A stretch of 59,219 nucleotides of DNA, the filler included, from Jimgerdemannia flammicorona (lineage: Eukaryota): assembly GCA_003990765.1 (NCBI GenBank). It is 2 parts of 2 records of this genome, joined end to end, with 100 filler letters (N's around TTAATTAATTAA, not from the genome) between each part and the next. Parts side by side here need not be neighbours in the genome. Positions count along the whole stretch, not along the records: positions 1 to 29,565 come from RBNJ01000486.1; positions 29,666 to 59,219 come from RBNJ01000487.1. One strand, 5' to 3'. Of the stretch, positions 23,057 to 35,400 are shown one piece after another (positions within the stretch are counted from its first letter, which is position 1; every line of letters begins with the position of its first letter). A program made the position numbers and the translations under genes. Under the pieces are notes generated by a model. It was not told the origin of the DNA and ran no database searches. It was given only the letters and a program-made list of their open reading frames with translations.

Positions 23057-26000
23057 CATGTGGAAAAGCATGTATAAGGGGGATGAACAAAGAACGTAAC
23101 CGAATTTGCAGCAGTCATTTATTGCTATGTAAAAACGCGGTCCTTATATACAAAATATGATGTCCCAAAAGGGAGGATGTGCCACAACTCGGGGCGAACC
23201 AAATTAGGAACCATATGACCACCGGAGATAGGCGGAGATAAAGGGGGAGCCAATCCCAGTTGCAGGATAAAAATCACAAACAAACACAAACAAAACAAAT
23301 CCAAATCGAGATTAAAAAACATCCTTGCCCTCTCCAGGGTCTCGCGCTCGCTCCAGGGTCTTGGCCTTACTCCGCTCCCCTCTGCTGCCTTCGGCCCCTC
23401 ACTTCACTCAGGCTCGCTGCAGCTCGCTCTGTTTCGGCCTCACCTCTTGCTCATGCTCACTTCTCCAGGGTCTGCAGATGTTTTTTAATCTCGATTTGGA
23501 TTTGTTTTGTTTGTGTTTGTTTGTGATTTTTATCCTGCAACTGGGATTGGCTCCCCCTTTATCTCCGCCTATCTCTAGTGGTCATGTGGTTCCTAATTCG
23601 GTTCGCCCTGAGTTGTGGTGCATCCTCTCTTTTGGGACATCGTATTTTGTATATAAGGACCACGTTTTTACGTGGCAATAAATGGCTGATGTAAATTCGG
23701 TTATGTTCTTTGTTCGTCCCTCTTATACACGCTTTTCCACATGTCTTCCATTCGCTTTGACACTGGCTCTGGGTTCGCTCCCTTGGCTCCCGCTGGGCCT
23801 TCTTCCTCCTCAGAAGTTGGACTTTAGTATTATAGATCTCCCAGAACAAGACATTATCCTAAGAAAAGCCTGGTTGATCTAGTATAACCCAGATATTAAC
23901 TAGAGGATCAATGAGGTTAATCTGACCCATGAAGGTAGAAAGATCACTCTAATACCTCAGGAAGATACCAACCATCAAGGAATTAAAATCATCTCTGTCA
24001 TCCAAATGAAGAGACTCTTCTGAAAAAAAGAAAATACTTACTTTATCTGTACTATACAAGAAGTCACCAAAGTCTCAAGTAGTCCAATTCCAGCAGAAGC
24101 TTAAGAACTGTTTGAGGAATTTCAAGATGTATTTCAGGATTCTCAAGAACTTCCACCCAAGCACCAAATTCAACATAGAATTGACCTCATTTCAGGATCT
24201 GAATCTCTATACAAGAGTATCTACCAACTGGCCCAACTCGAACTTAAGACTCTCAAGGATGAGTTGACCAAACTATGGCCCAAGGATATATTGAACTCAG
24301 CTACTCTCCATTTGGAGCCCCTATTCTATTTATCAAGAAAAAGGATGGCTCTTTGTAAATATGCATTGACTATAGAGCCCTCAACAAGATCACCTATTAA
24401 GAATTTGTATGCCTTGTCTAGAATTGATGAGTTATTGTACCAAATCTTCAAGACTAAGACCTTTTTCCTACTAGACTTGCAAAATAGCTACCATCAGATT
24501 TTCACTGATGAGAAGAATATTGAAAAGACTGCTTTTCAAATATAGTTTAGACACTATTAGTTCTGAGTCATACTTTTTGGTTTGATCAATACACTAGCAA
24601 TATTCTAGTATCTGATGAATAATATCTTTAGACTATTTCTCAACATTTGTATCCTTATATATATTGATAATATACTAATCTACAGAGTTATACTACACCC
24701 ACCTCAGACAGGTACTGACTCTTCTGTAAGAACATTAGCTTTATGCTAAGATGAGTAAGTGTAAGTTCTATCAAGATCAGATCAAGTATGTATCTAGGAT
24801 ATATTATCTCTGCTGAAGGTATCAATATGGACTCTCAAAATATATTAGCCCTTAAGAATATTCTCATCTCCACTACTCTCAAGCTACTCCAGTACTTCCT
24901 GGGTATTACCAGTTACTACTGAAGGTTTATTCAAGGATACTCTACTATTGTAGTCCCACTGACCAGCCTGGCCCACAAAGGAGTGAACTTTAAGACTAAG
25001 TGGACCCTTAAGTGTATCTAGACTATAGACTATCTCAAAAGACTCCTTACTAAGGCCCTAGTACTAATTACATCTAACCCTACTAGACTATTCACTCTGA
25101 CCACAGATGTCTCTGACATTGCTATTGGGGTAGTACTTAGTCAAGAAGATCACCCAGTGGCCTATCTTTCCCAAAGCTTAAGCCAGCTGAGATCTGGTAT
25201 ACTACTCATGAGAAGAAACTCCTGGCCATTGTCACTATACTCCAGGAATAGTACTATTTCATCCTAGGATAACTATTTGTAGTCTATACTGATCACTATG
25301 CTTTATAGTATATTCATACATAGCCCATACTGATTCACAGACAAGCCTACTAGATGGAAATCATTGCCAACTTTGATATGGAAATCAAGTATATCTCAGG
25401 AAAAACTAACTGTATAACTAATAGTTTCTCCAGATATATAGAAGATGAACTTATCTTCATAGTTGAGATAATTAGAGACCTTATCCAGATAATCAAGGAT
25501 GACTACCAGCAAGACAGTTCCCTAATAAAATTCCTTCAATTATACCAAGACCCAGAGGCTAAAATCCCAGAACCTATGAGACAAATGTTCAAAAGATTCA
25601 CTTACCATGATAGACTTATCTACAGAGACCATAACAGAGTAATTATACTCAATAATAATACTCTGTAGCTCAATATTATACAGAAACATCATGACACTCC
25701 TGCAGTAGAACATTTTAGTTTCAAGAAGATCTACAATCTTCTCTCAAGAGATTTTTACTGGCCAAAAATAACCAAGGATATCAAAGACTTTATAGTCTTA
25801 TATAAGATATGCCAAAGGTTCAAAAGTGGTAACAAGCTACCAGTAGGACTTCTGTAACTCCTACCTATCTCAAGTCATAACTAGGATTAGATTGCAATAG
25901 ACTTTATTGTCCAGCTCCCTAAGACTAAGACAAGATGAGATGCCATTGTAGTATTAATAGACTGCCTAAGCAAATAAGCCCATTTTGCACTCACTAAGAC

Positions 26001-27613
26001 TACTGTAACAGTACTAGAGATTGCTAAGATTTTCCTCAACCAAGTATTCAGACTATATGATATGCCTAGCACTATTGTGTCTAACTGGGATGTGAAGTTT
26101 ACAAGTAACTTCTGGAAGGTATTCTTCTTCCTCCATAGAATCAAGCTAAAGTTCTTTACTACCTACTATCTCTAGACTGATGGTCAAACTAAGCAAACCA
26201 ATAAAACTCTCAAGCAGATGCTTAGTATCTTCTGCTGTTATAAGCAGAATGATTGGGACAAGTACCTAGCCTATGCCAAGTTTGTCTATAATAATAGCTA
26301 GTAAATCTCTACAAAGAAGACTCCATTCTTCCTAAACTATGGTCAATATTTAAAGACCCCAAGCACTACTATGAAATCAGTAGTCCCAGCAGCCCAAGAT
26401 TTAACTGAGACCATTTCTGATCTTATCTGAATGACAAGAGATGTTCTCATAGAAGTACAGAACTACCAGACCAAGTATGTAAACTTGAAGTGAAGAGAAG
26501 TCTCCTATAATATTGGTGATATAGTTATACTTAGAATAGACTACCTCCACTCAGATACTCTGGCATAATAACCAGCTAAGAAACTCTGGGCTAGAAGAAT
26601 TGGACTATATAATATTGTGGAAAAAGTCAGCAAAGTCAACTATAAGTTGTAGCTTCCCCACAATATTCAAGTACATCCAGTATTCTATATCAGTCAACTG
26701 GTGGACTACTATGAGAATTCTTTTCCTGAGCATACAGTTCCACTACTACCTCCAATTAGAATTAATAATCATGAGAAATTTGAAATTGAGAAAGTACTTG
26801 ACCACAAGATCTACAAATATCCCAAAACAGTCAAGCAGTTTTTTCTCATTAAGTAGAAAAGTTACCCTATCTATAATACTATCTGGGAAAAAGAAGAAAC
26901 TCTGGAGAATACACATGAAGCCCTCTAGGACTATATAGAAACACTTACCCCTTAGCGAGGGAAAGGAACTGTAGCTCTAAGACTTAGAGCACACAGTAAT
27001 AAAAAAAGACACCATATATTTTATTCAAAATATACAATACTGAATATTGCAGAAAAATGAACACTATAATTAATTAATAAGAAAGATACTTAGGCAAAGA
27101 ATAATCTAGCATAGTGTAGCAAAATATATTTGAACAACTCTATTTCATACATCTATATTATCTCCACTGGATTATAATGAATACTTCATATGGAACTTAA
27201 GAAAGCTGATAATGTTGAAACTAATTTAAGCTCATCTATATGACAGATATTGTTACTAGGAATTGTCTCAAATTATAAGAAATACTATTTCCAAGAGATT
27301 TAAACTCCTAGCCATAACAATGAGAGCCCTTGTCCTTGATAAGAATAGCCAGTTCTCACAAATACATCAATGAGATAAAAAAAAAGAGGACTAAGTTCTA
27401 TCAACCCTGTGTAACTATAATTATGATATCTTGAAAATTAGGATTTTCTTATATGACTAGCACATGCTCTGTTTATAGCAATAGATTATACATTCTGCTA
27501 GAAAGTATGATCAAATTAAGATTATACCAGACAGACAAATAAGTATAAATACTCAAGGCAAAGAGTATACCACAATCTCTATCTCTCTCTCCTCTCCAAA
27601 AGATAAGATAAGA

Positions 27614-27872
27614 ATATCTGCTACCCACTACCAAACTACCCACTATAGCCAGCCCCTTCCAAGCCAGATTGACCATCTCTTTGGACACATCTTGGTCACT
27701 ATCCAAGGAAGGAACTGCTACTCTGAGACCCTTAATCTCTCCAGCCAGGACCTAGGACAGTATATTCTTAACTACCATGAACTTATTAAAAGGGCCTATC
27801 TTACTACCAGCCACCTAGAGATCTGGTATAAATATGAAATTGACTACTAACTTCTCCAACATATAAAGGACC
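27614..27872 (+). pseudogene. Truncated family X accessory ORF downstream of element C pol
   Basis: QPLPSQIDHLF..LNLSSQDLGQYILNY..LEIWYKYEIDY aligns with TPLPGPKTLIF..LNFYTEDLGHFINY..TLWHDYEIGH of ORF 5475. Confidence 0.65.
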
Positions 27873-29183
27873 TTCAGTTTGGTCATCAGTTTTAGAATAG
27901 AAGGCTATAGATAGTACAAGTTTTGTTCTAAAGTATATATGGAGGGCTTTTCAGAAATAACTGGTAAATTTCAAGTCTTGATTACTAATAATGATCTTGG
28001 GAAGACCATAATAGTAGAAGATATTGTCAAACAAGAGTATGGCTATATCTGGTGCTATTGTAGTAGTAGTAGTTAGTAAAAAATGAGCTTATTTGATAAG
28101 ATAGTTCATAAAGATAACAATTGTATCCTTTTTATTCTTAGTTTAGAGTAGTTGAACAATGAAGTCTATAGAGATTTGTTTCTAATTAGTAGATAGTACT
28201 GGGATAGAGTAAAGTAAAGAATGAATCAAACTCTGGAATAAATGCTAAGAAACTATATTTTCTACAAGTAAAATAATTGGTATAAATATCTTACTATAGT
28301 TGAATTTGCCTATAATAATAGCAAGCAAGCCTCTCTTAGAATGACTCTATTCTTTATCAATACAGGACAAAATCTGAACACCCTTCTGATACTTATCTGA
28401 ATTACTGATGAACTCTCCACTATTGAAGTCATTGAAGAATTCCTACTCTGAATGTATAATTTAAGTCAGATTGAAATTGAGAATTTATCTCAAGCTCAAG
28501 AACAACAGTCATAGTATATCAATCAGCACTACTGAGAAGAAACTTTTAATATTGAGAAAAAGTTCTATTAGATATCCAAGAATACTGAGTTGACAACCTC
28601 AAGCACAGACCATCTACAAAGCTGAACAGCAAATTTATTAGACTATTCAAAGTCATTGTACAAGTCTCTCCAACTTTTTATAAATTAGTACTACCAGATA
28701 CCATCAAGATTCATCTAGTCTTCAATGTCTAATATCTTAAGTAATATAATGAAAATGATGACAAGCTATTCCTAAACTGAATCATAAAACCACCTATACC
28801 TGTTATTATAAATGACTAAGAAGAATACAAAGTTGAACAAATTCTCAATAAATGTGGCTATAAGAACTATCCTAAATATCTTATCAAATAGAAAGATCAT
28901 CCAATCTATAATACAACATGAGAATCTATGACTAATCTCTAGAATACTACTGACTTAGTTCAAGAATATAATTCTTTGAATAACTGAAATCTGAATACTC
29001 CAGCACCTATCAGTCAATACTATATATTATCCCTCTCAAACATTAAGTACTCTTATAATCATTATGAATAAAATCAAGAACTCAGCAAGATAAGACAAAA
29101 GAATACTGACTCTCTAGAAAATAGCAAAACTGAAAGCCAGTCTATTCTCTCCATACCACTGGTGGGAAATGAGATATAGACAT
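27873..29183 (+). mobile_element. Gypsy integrase-chromodomain fragment with inverted 5' segment
   Basis: ~27873-28208 reads integrase on minus (ISIDFIVQL..AFYSKTDDQTE). From ~28218 the plus strand continues RMNQTLE..VEFAYNN..EEYKVEQIL. Confidence 0.8.
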
Positions 29184-29565
29184 TGTAATGGTGACCCCAG
29201 AATGATGACATCAGCACAGGAGACAGCCTTTCTTTACAAGCCACCAGATCAGAGTACAAGAAGATCATATAGCATGCGAGATGAGCAATGATGACCAACT
29301 GTGAGTCATTGTGACCACAGCACAAGCATCCTGAAGAATATAAAAGAAGGATCAAGGAACCGCAGTAGCAGCAGCCAACAAGAACCCCAATCCCAAAATA
29401 GCTCAAAGACTTACTACAAACAAAATGCCTGCTGCCCGCCAAACCTCAAGGTCAAGGAATCATCAAGGTATCTCGGTCGAGGAAAGGATGTTTCAAGACA
29501 TCAGAAGAGCCATGAGGATCCGCTCAAGAAGGACTCCTAGCGTCAACCTGGGTACTGCAGACCCT
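29184..29565 (+). repeat. 5' part of an F-family LTR cut by the contig end
   Basis: Nearly identical to 47721-~48103. Confidence 0.9.
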
Positions 29566-29665
29566 NNNNNNNNNNNNNNNNNNNNNNNNNNNNNNNNNNN
29601 NNNNNNNNNTTAATTAATTAANNNNNNNNNNNNNNNNNNNNNNNNNNNNNNNNNNNNNNNNNNNN
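29566..29665. other. Artificial contig linker/gap
   Basis: 44 N + TTAATTAATTAA (stops in all six frames) + 44 N. Confidence 0.97.
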
Positions 29666-29725
29666 TTTTTTTTTCATATTTCTATATAATTTTTTTTATT
29701 TATTTTTATTTTTATTATGTTGGAA

Positions 29726-30566
29726 CAGATTTTGGCACCAGTCACATACTTCTTAAAAGGAAATCCCATATAAATTTATAATAATATATAAATTTTATAA
29801 TACAATTTAAATTTTATGATACTATATAATTTTATAATACTATAATAATAAAATAAATGTGGCAGACATACGGACGGACGATTGGGGCGGGCGCAGACGG
29901 GTGATTGAGGCCGACCGGGCAGACGATTGAGGTAATATAGAAATGTAAATGTAAATATAATATATCTGTCGTCTCAATCATCCATCCGCGTCCACCTCAA
30001 TAGTCTGTTTGCGTCTGCCTCAATCGTCCGTCCACGTCCACCTCAATCGTCAGTCCGCGTCCACCCCAAACGTCCGTCTGCCTTTACCTCAAACGTCCAT
30101 CCACGTCCACCTCAATCGGTCCGTCCACGTCCGCCTCAATCATTCGTCCGTCTTTGCCTCAATCGTCCGTCTTTGCCTCAATAGTCCGTCTTTGCCTCAA
30201 TCGTCCGTCTTTGCCTCAATCGTCCGCCTTTGCCTCAATCGTCCGTCCGCGTCCGCCTCAATCATCCGTCTTTGCCTCCCGCGTCCGCCTTAATTAACCG
30301 TCCGTCTTTGCGTCAATCATCCGTCCGTCTTTGCCTCAAACGTCCGTCTTTGCCTCAATCGTCCGTCCGCGTCCGCCTCAATCGTCTACCTCAATCGTCC
30401 GTCCGCGTTCGCTTCAATAATCCGTCCGCCTTTGCTCAATCGTCCTCCTCAATCATCCGTCCGCGTCCGCCTCAATCGTCCGTTCGGGTCCCCTTTAATT
30501 GTCCGTCCGCATCCATGAGATGACGGAACGACGATTGAGATGGAACGCCGAACGACGAATGAGATG
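29726..30566. repeat. Dispersed CpG-rich modular repeat, long copy with a CCTCAATCGTCCGTC array
   Basis: More than 20 imperfect ~19-23-bp units at ~29965-30510, flanked by modules in the opposite orientation. Same start sequence as the copy at 3836. Confidence 0.85.
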
Positions 30567-30802
30567 ATGGATTTTTGAAATTGGAGTTTTTTATAATGAG
30601 ATAATAAAAAAATAAATAGCCGGTTCGTTTCCCCTTCAGGATTTTTAGCCTAGGTGCAATAACTTGAGTACCATCAACCTCAGCTTCAAAATAAAAGTTC
30701 TGGTATAACAAACATTTCCCCTAAGAAATATAAAAACTATATAAATCCAAAACCCAGTCAAAATGAATTCAAAAAAAAAAAAAAAAAAAAAAAACAAAAA
30801 AA

Positions 30803-30847
<45 letters not shown>

Positions 30848-32009
30848 CAGAAGAGTTTCTTACTGTCTCACAGAGCAAAATGATCAATAGCACTTAAGGA
30901 GGTTGAGTTCAGATTAAGTTTTTAGCCTGGTATATAAATATAATATTATAACAAATAATAAAATAATCTAGTTATATATATACTTAGAGAGAGACAGAAG
31001 GCAACAATTTTGATAGTTATATTTTAATACAAATTTTTACATAATGACATTACTATACTAAGAGTTAAATTATTAATATCAGAATTATATAATATAGTTT
31101 ATCTGATAGTAATAATATTATCTTTAAGGGGTTTTCTCATTAAAAGAATCTAAAATATTAATATAGAATAAAGTAATATTCTTATCAAGAACTCTCAGAT
31201 CTGACTTGTTAACAATTCTGAATCTGATCAACTTGAGATACAAACATGATATCTTTACCAGTATAAGACTCTGAAAGTGATTGAAAAAGTCAAGGTCAGA
31301 AGATTTCACATTACTGCAAAAATTTTAAACTAAGTATACAAATTTGATACTGGCTATGATCTCTACTCAAGTATGGAAATAATTATCAAACCAAATAAGT
31401 AAGTAATCATTAGTATAGATATTGAAATAAAAGTTCCCAAAAGAACCTATATATATCTGTTTTATAAAAAGAAGTAGTCTGGCCAAGAAAGATAAACTCT
31501 ATGTAGTGTAATATAGTGGATACTAAGGTGGGTAAGTACATTGGATTTCTTTATCTTAAATTCTTATCTTCTTGACTCCCAGAGTCAGTAGTTCCTTGAG
31601 GCCAAATGTGTTTAAAGAGGTAATCCTGAAGGTCCTTTTATTGGTATACTTGTTCTTTTTCTAACACTTTCAATCTGAGGTTTATTCACTCTAAGATACT
31701 GAGTTATTTATACAAGTTTGCTAGCTATATAAAGGTGGCTAAGTAATAAATGAGTTATTTGGACTTTGTCGAAATATTTGGACAATGTCTAAATGCTATA
31801 CTAAATCAGAACATTCGATTTGGATGATGTTTAAGAATTTAGACAATGTCTAAGAATTTAGACAATGTCAAAATCGAGGACTGCTAACTATAAGACTATA
31901 CTACTTTGGGACTGGGTACAATCAAGTATCTATTCCCTATTTCCTTCTTCCAAATTTGGCTGTACCATCACAACTTCCTCCTGAATAGATGGTCTCATCC
32001 CTGAGGTAT

Positions 32010-32471
32010 CTATTCAAACTCCCAGACTTCAACTGTCTGTATGATCTTGTACTGTGCAATTTGCTGTATGACTGTTTCCCAATGATGTCTTCTCACTTTC
32101 TCAAAGTCAGTGGGGGTTACTCTTCTCAGGTGGTCTATTGCTGGTTCATCCTCTCGGAATAACTTGTGGATTCTTTTGGCAATAGTGATCTGTGAGTGGG
32201 AGAGTTGACACTCAGCAATCCAGTCCTCTTTGGTTTTTGCTGGATCCTGATTGAGCACCTGTCTAAGCTTGAAGTACTCTTGGAATTCTGCCTGATATTG
32301 ATAGGCTCTAAAGTGCGAGATCTAAGAGAGATAAGTCTACACAATACTCTGAATATCCTCATAGTATGCCTCTATGGTTAGAGGCTCAGTAGTGTGCCAT
32401 TGTCTTTCAATGGCTCTTTGGGCAGCACTAGTGATCTTGAGTATCATTGCAGTGCTTTGGTTATTGGCCAT
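32010..32471 (-). pseudogene. ORF3 (family X) of element D in env position
   Basis: The ATG overlaps the pol end (YHGQ*). 153 codons with two internal TAG: FQEYFKL.QVLN..EDWIAE..SQITIAKRIHKLFRE..AIDHLRRV. Confidence 0.75.
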
Positions 32472-35400
32472 GGTACTTCTTGAGTCGGTTTTGATGAATA
32501 GTGGTGGAGATTATTGTGCCTGAGGGCTTTTATAGCCAGAAAGTAGTCCCTTTTATATCTTGCACCAGATAAGGTCCTTCCCACTTGGGCTCTAGTTTTC
32601 ATGATCAAGAGGCTTCTACCATATTCTGATACACCAGGACTTCATCTCCTATCTTGATAATCTCCAGGGGCTTATGGGTTTTTTCTGCATTATTCCATTG
32701 CAGTGTCTGCACCTTGATTATGTAATCCTCTGCCTTTTTCCTGATCTGGTGCAATCTCCATATCTCCATATCCACATGCTTCCAAATTGCATTATTACTT
32801 GCTGACAAACTTCCACCAAAACTTTCTTCACTGAATAGCATTTCTCATGGTATAAAATGGGTGCTTTGTGATCATATATCCTGCAGAGTGGATAATGCTA
32901 TTGGAAGATAGTGGTCCCAGTTTCCGTATTCATCACAGATCTTGGCAATGATATTCTTGAGGGTCTTGTTGGTTCTCTCTGCTTGTCCATTTCCTTATAG
33001 GTGATATGCAGTGGTCTTGATGTGTTGGATCTTATACTTCTTATAAAGAATCTCATGAAACTGGTTGACAAATTTTGTTCCTCTGTCTGTGGTAACTTGC
33101 TTTGGGGTCTTGAATCAGCAGATGATTTCTTTGTGCAAGAAATCGGCAATTGACTGTGTATTGGCTTCCTTGAGTGGTCCAGCCTCTACCTATTTTGTAA
33201 ACAGGTCTACTATTATAATAACACATTGGTTGCCAGTCAATGTCAGGGGTAGGGGGCTGATTACATCCATTGCAATGTGGATAAATAGTATCAGTTCAAT
33301 GTCTGCTGATCCAGAGGCTTGATCTCGTCAGTCTTGTTTCTGTTTCTGGCATTTGTCACAGGTCCTGACAAATTGTCTGATATCTTCTTCCATTCTGGGC
33401 CACCACAAGGTTCTTCTTGCTTTGTCAAATGTGTTTGTTCCTCCTATGTGACTTTGTTCGTGTATTTCTTTCATTACTTGATTCTTCCGGTGCTCGAGGA
33501 TGACTAATTGTTGTCCTTTCTTAAGTATTTCTCCATCAGTTTCGAATTGTTTCCATGTCTGATTAATAATTGTTTTTGTCCATTCTTCCAGATACGGGGG
33601 CATCTTTTGCTGCCCCAGGTAGCTGATGATTCCATAATACAGCTCTCTATTCATGGTAATTTCATGGGAGTGGGGTCCTTCGGGGTGTCTATGAGAGGGT
33701 GTCAGCATTGGCATTGGTTCTTCCAGGGTGGTGGGTGATCGTGGTATCGTATGCTTGCAGCTTCATGATCCATCACATATAGATTCCTTTGGGCTCACTG
33801 GTAGTGAGCAATCAGGTGAGTGCCAAATGATCTGTCTGGATAGTGAAGTATCTGCCAGCCAGATAGTAGTAGAACTTCTCCATAGCCCAGATGACTGCAA
33901 GGCATTCCAACTTATATGATTCATAGGACTGCTCAGCTCCTCGGGTACCTCGGCTGAGATAAGCTACCATATATTCAGTACTATTTTTCTTTTATGCAAG
34001 GATAGCTCCAAGTCCCATTGCACTGGCATCTATCTGCAGAATAAACTCTTGAGTCTAGTTAGGTCTTCTCAGGATTGGGGCCTGGATCAATCTGGTCTTG
34101 AGCTCGTCAAAGGCTAGTTGCTGCTGCTGAGTCCACTGAAACTTGACCTCTTTTCTGAACAGATCATAGATAGGACTGGTGATGTGGGAGAACCTTCTGA
34201 TAAATATTCTGTAGTAGGATGCAAGTCCCATGAAGGCTTGGGCTTCAGTGATACTGGTAGGTACTGGGTATGCTGCTACTGCTTTGATCTTTGTAGGGTC
34301 TGTATGTATTCCTTCACAGTTGATAATATATCCAAGGTATGCAGTTTCTTCTTCTCCAAACTTGCATTTCTTGGGCTTGATGTAGAGGCCTTGTTTATGA
34401 AGCCTTCTGAGAATTTTCTTGATATGTTCCAAGTGCTCCTTGGCAGTTTGGCTGAAGATGATCACATTATCTACATATACCATCATCCATTTTTCCATAA
34501 CATCCCTGAAGATGCTATTCATTATTCGCTGGAAGCTTGCTAGTGCATTGCACATTCCAAAGGGCATGCAAAGATAGACATAGGTTCCATCAGGAGTGAT
34601 GAAGGCTGATCTTTTGCTGGCTTCAGGTGTAAGGCCAATTTGATAGAATCCTGAGAACAGATCCAGAGTGGTGTAGAATCATGATTCATTCTCCAGCATG
34701 ATAAGAATATCACCAATATTGGGCAACAGTTGTCTGCCCTTCTCTGTGACCTCATTGAGTCTTCTATAATCTGTGCAGAGTCTTGGTACAAACTCTCCTG
34801 GTTGGCTTCCTTTCTTTGGTACAAGGATGATGGAGGAGGACCAAGGGCTACTGGCTTCCTTTCTTTGGTACAAGGATGATGGGGGAGGACCAAGGGCTGC
34901 TGGCTTTCTCAATGATACCAGATTCCTCCATTTCCTTAATCTCCATCTTGAGCCATTCCCTGTATGCTGGTGGAATGGGGCAGGCCTTTTGATAGATTGG
35001 CTTTGCATCTCCAGTATTGATATTATGATAGTACAAAGGTTTCTTGGTCTTAATGTCCTTGAAATCTGTGGCCAGTATATCCTTGAATGTATGCAAGAGG
35101 CTCTGCAATTCTTCCCTTAGGGGAAAGTTCCTTCCAATTGTATAGATGTATTTGTCTTGACTTTTCTCCTTCTTGTGCTCCAACTCAGTGATCTTAGTTG
35201 CTGCAAGGACTCCTCTTCCTGTAGAGCCGAATCCAGCCCTTCCTCACTGAGTTTGTCTGATGTTCGCAACCTCCTTGATCCTTGGATTAAGGACAGGTAG
35301 GATGAGCATTTGTACCAGCTGATCCTTCTTCCTTACTTCAAATGGAATGGTTGGGTTGTGGTTCCTGGTGAGGAGGAGAATTTCTCCCATATAGTCTGAA

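Larger units (their letters stand above)
19312..23811 (-). mobile_element. Penelope-like retroelement (no GIY-YIG visible), two ORFs, pseudo-LTRs in direct and inverted orientation
   Basis: pLTR 19312-19816, direct partial copy 22985-23324, inverted copy 23311-23811. Splits the protease of element C with no clear TSD. CpG largely retained. Confidence 0.85.
10815..27872 (+). mobile_element. Ty3/Gypsy chromovirus-type element C (degenerate; hosts element B and the PLE)
   Basis: LTR remnant ~10815-11418 plus 17516-17703 ending ATTACA; PBS TGGTAGCAGTGG (~17707, iMet-like). Decayed gag knuckle ~18260, dUTPase, protease LLDSSATENYI (19158), RT ~24100-24900, RNase H, integrase, chromodomain ending 26955. 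Outer boundaries uncertain. Confidence 0.85.

Noticed and set aside
20402..23118. Long alternate-frame ORFs (374 aa, 455 aa) and antisense ORFs
   Set aside because: Shadow frames of C/T-rich sequence with few stops; the RT and ORF1 frames explain the region.
19312..23811. DIRS/tyrosine-recombinase element suggested by inverted termini
   Set aside because: No RNase H or tyrosine recombinase is visible and the RT motifs are Penelope-type.
26956..27610. Start of the 3' LTR of element C
   Set aside because: A PPT-like GAGGGAAAGGAAC-TG exists at ~26957, but the sequence does not match the surviving 5' LTR remnant, so the boundary is not called.
29566..29665. TTAATTAATTAA palindrome inside Ns
   Set aside because: Artificial concatenation linker. 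No biological adjacency should be inferred across it.
29965..30523. ORFs 30009-30293 and 30230-30523, or a CRISPR-like array
   Set aside because: These are translations of a minisatellite with no unique spacers.
32010..32471. ORF3 as a retroviral env or as an integrase C-terminal fusion
   Set aside because: It is short with no signal or TM segment, and pol stops at 32461-32463 in a different frame.
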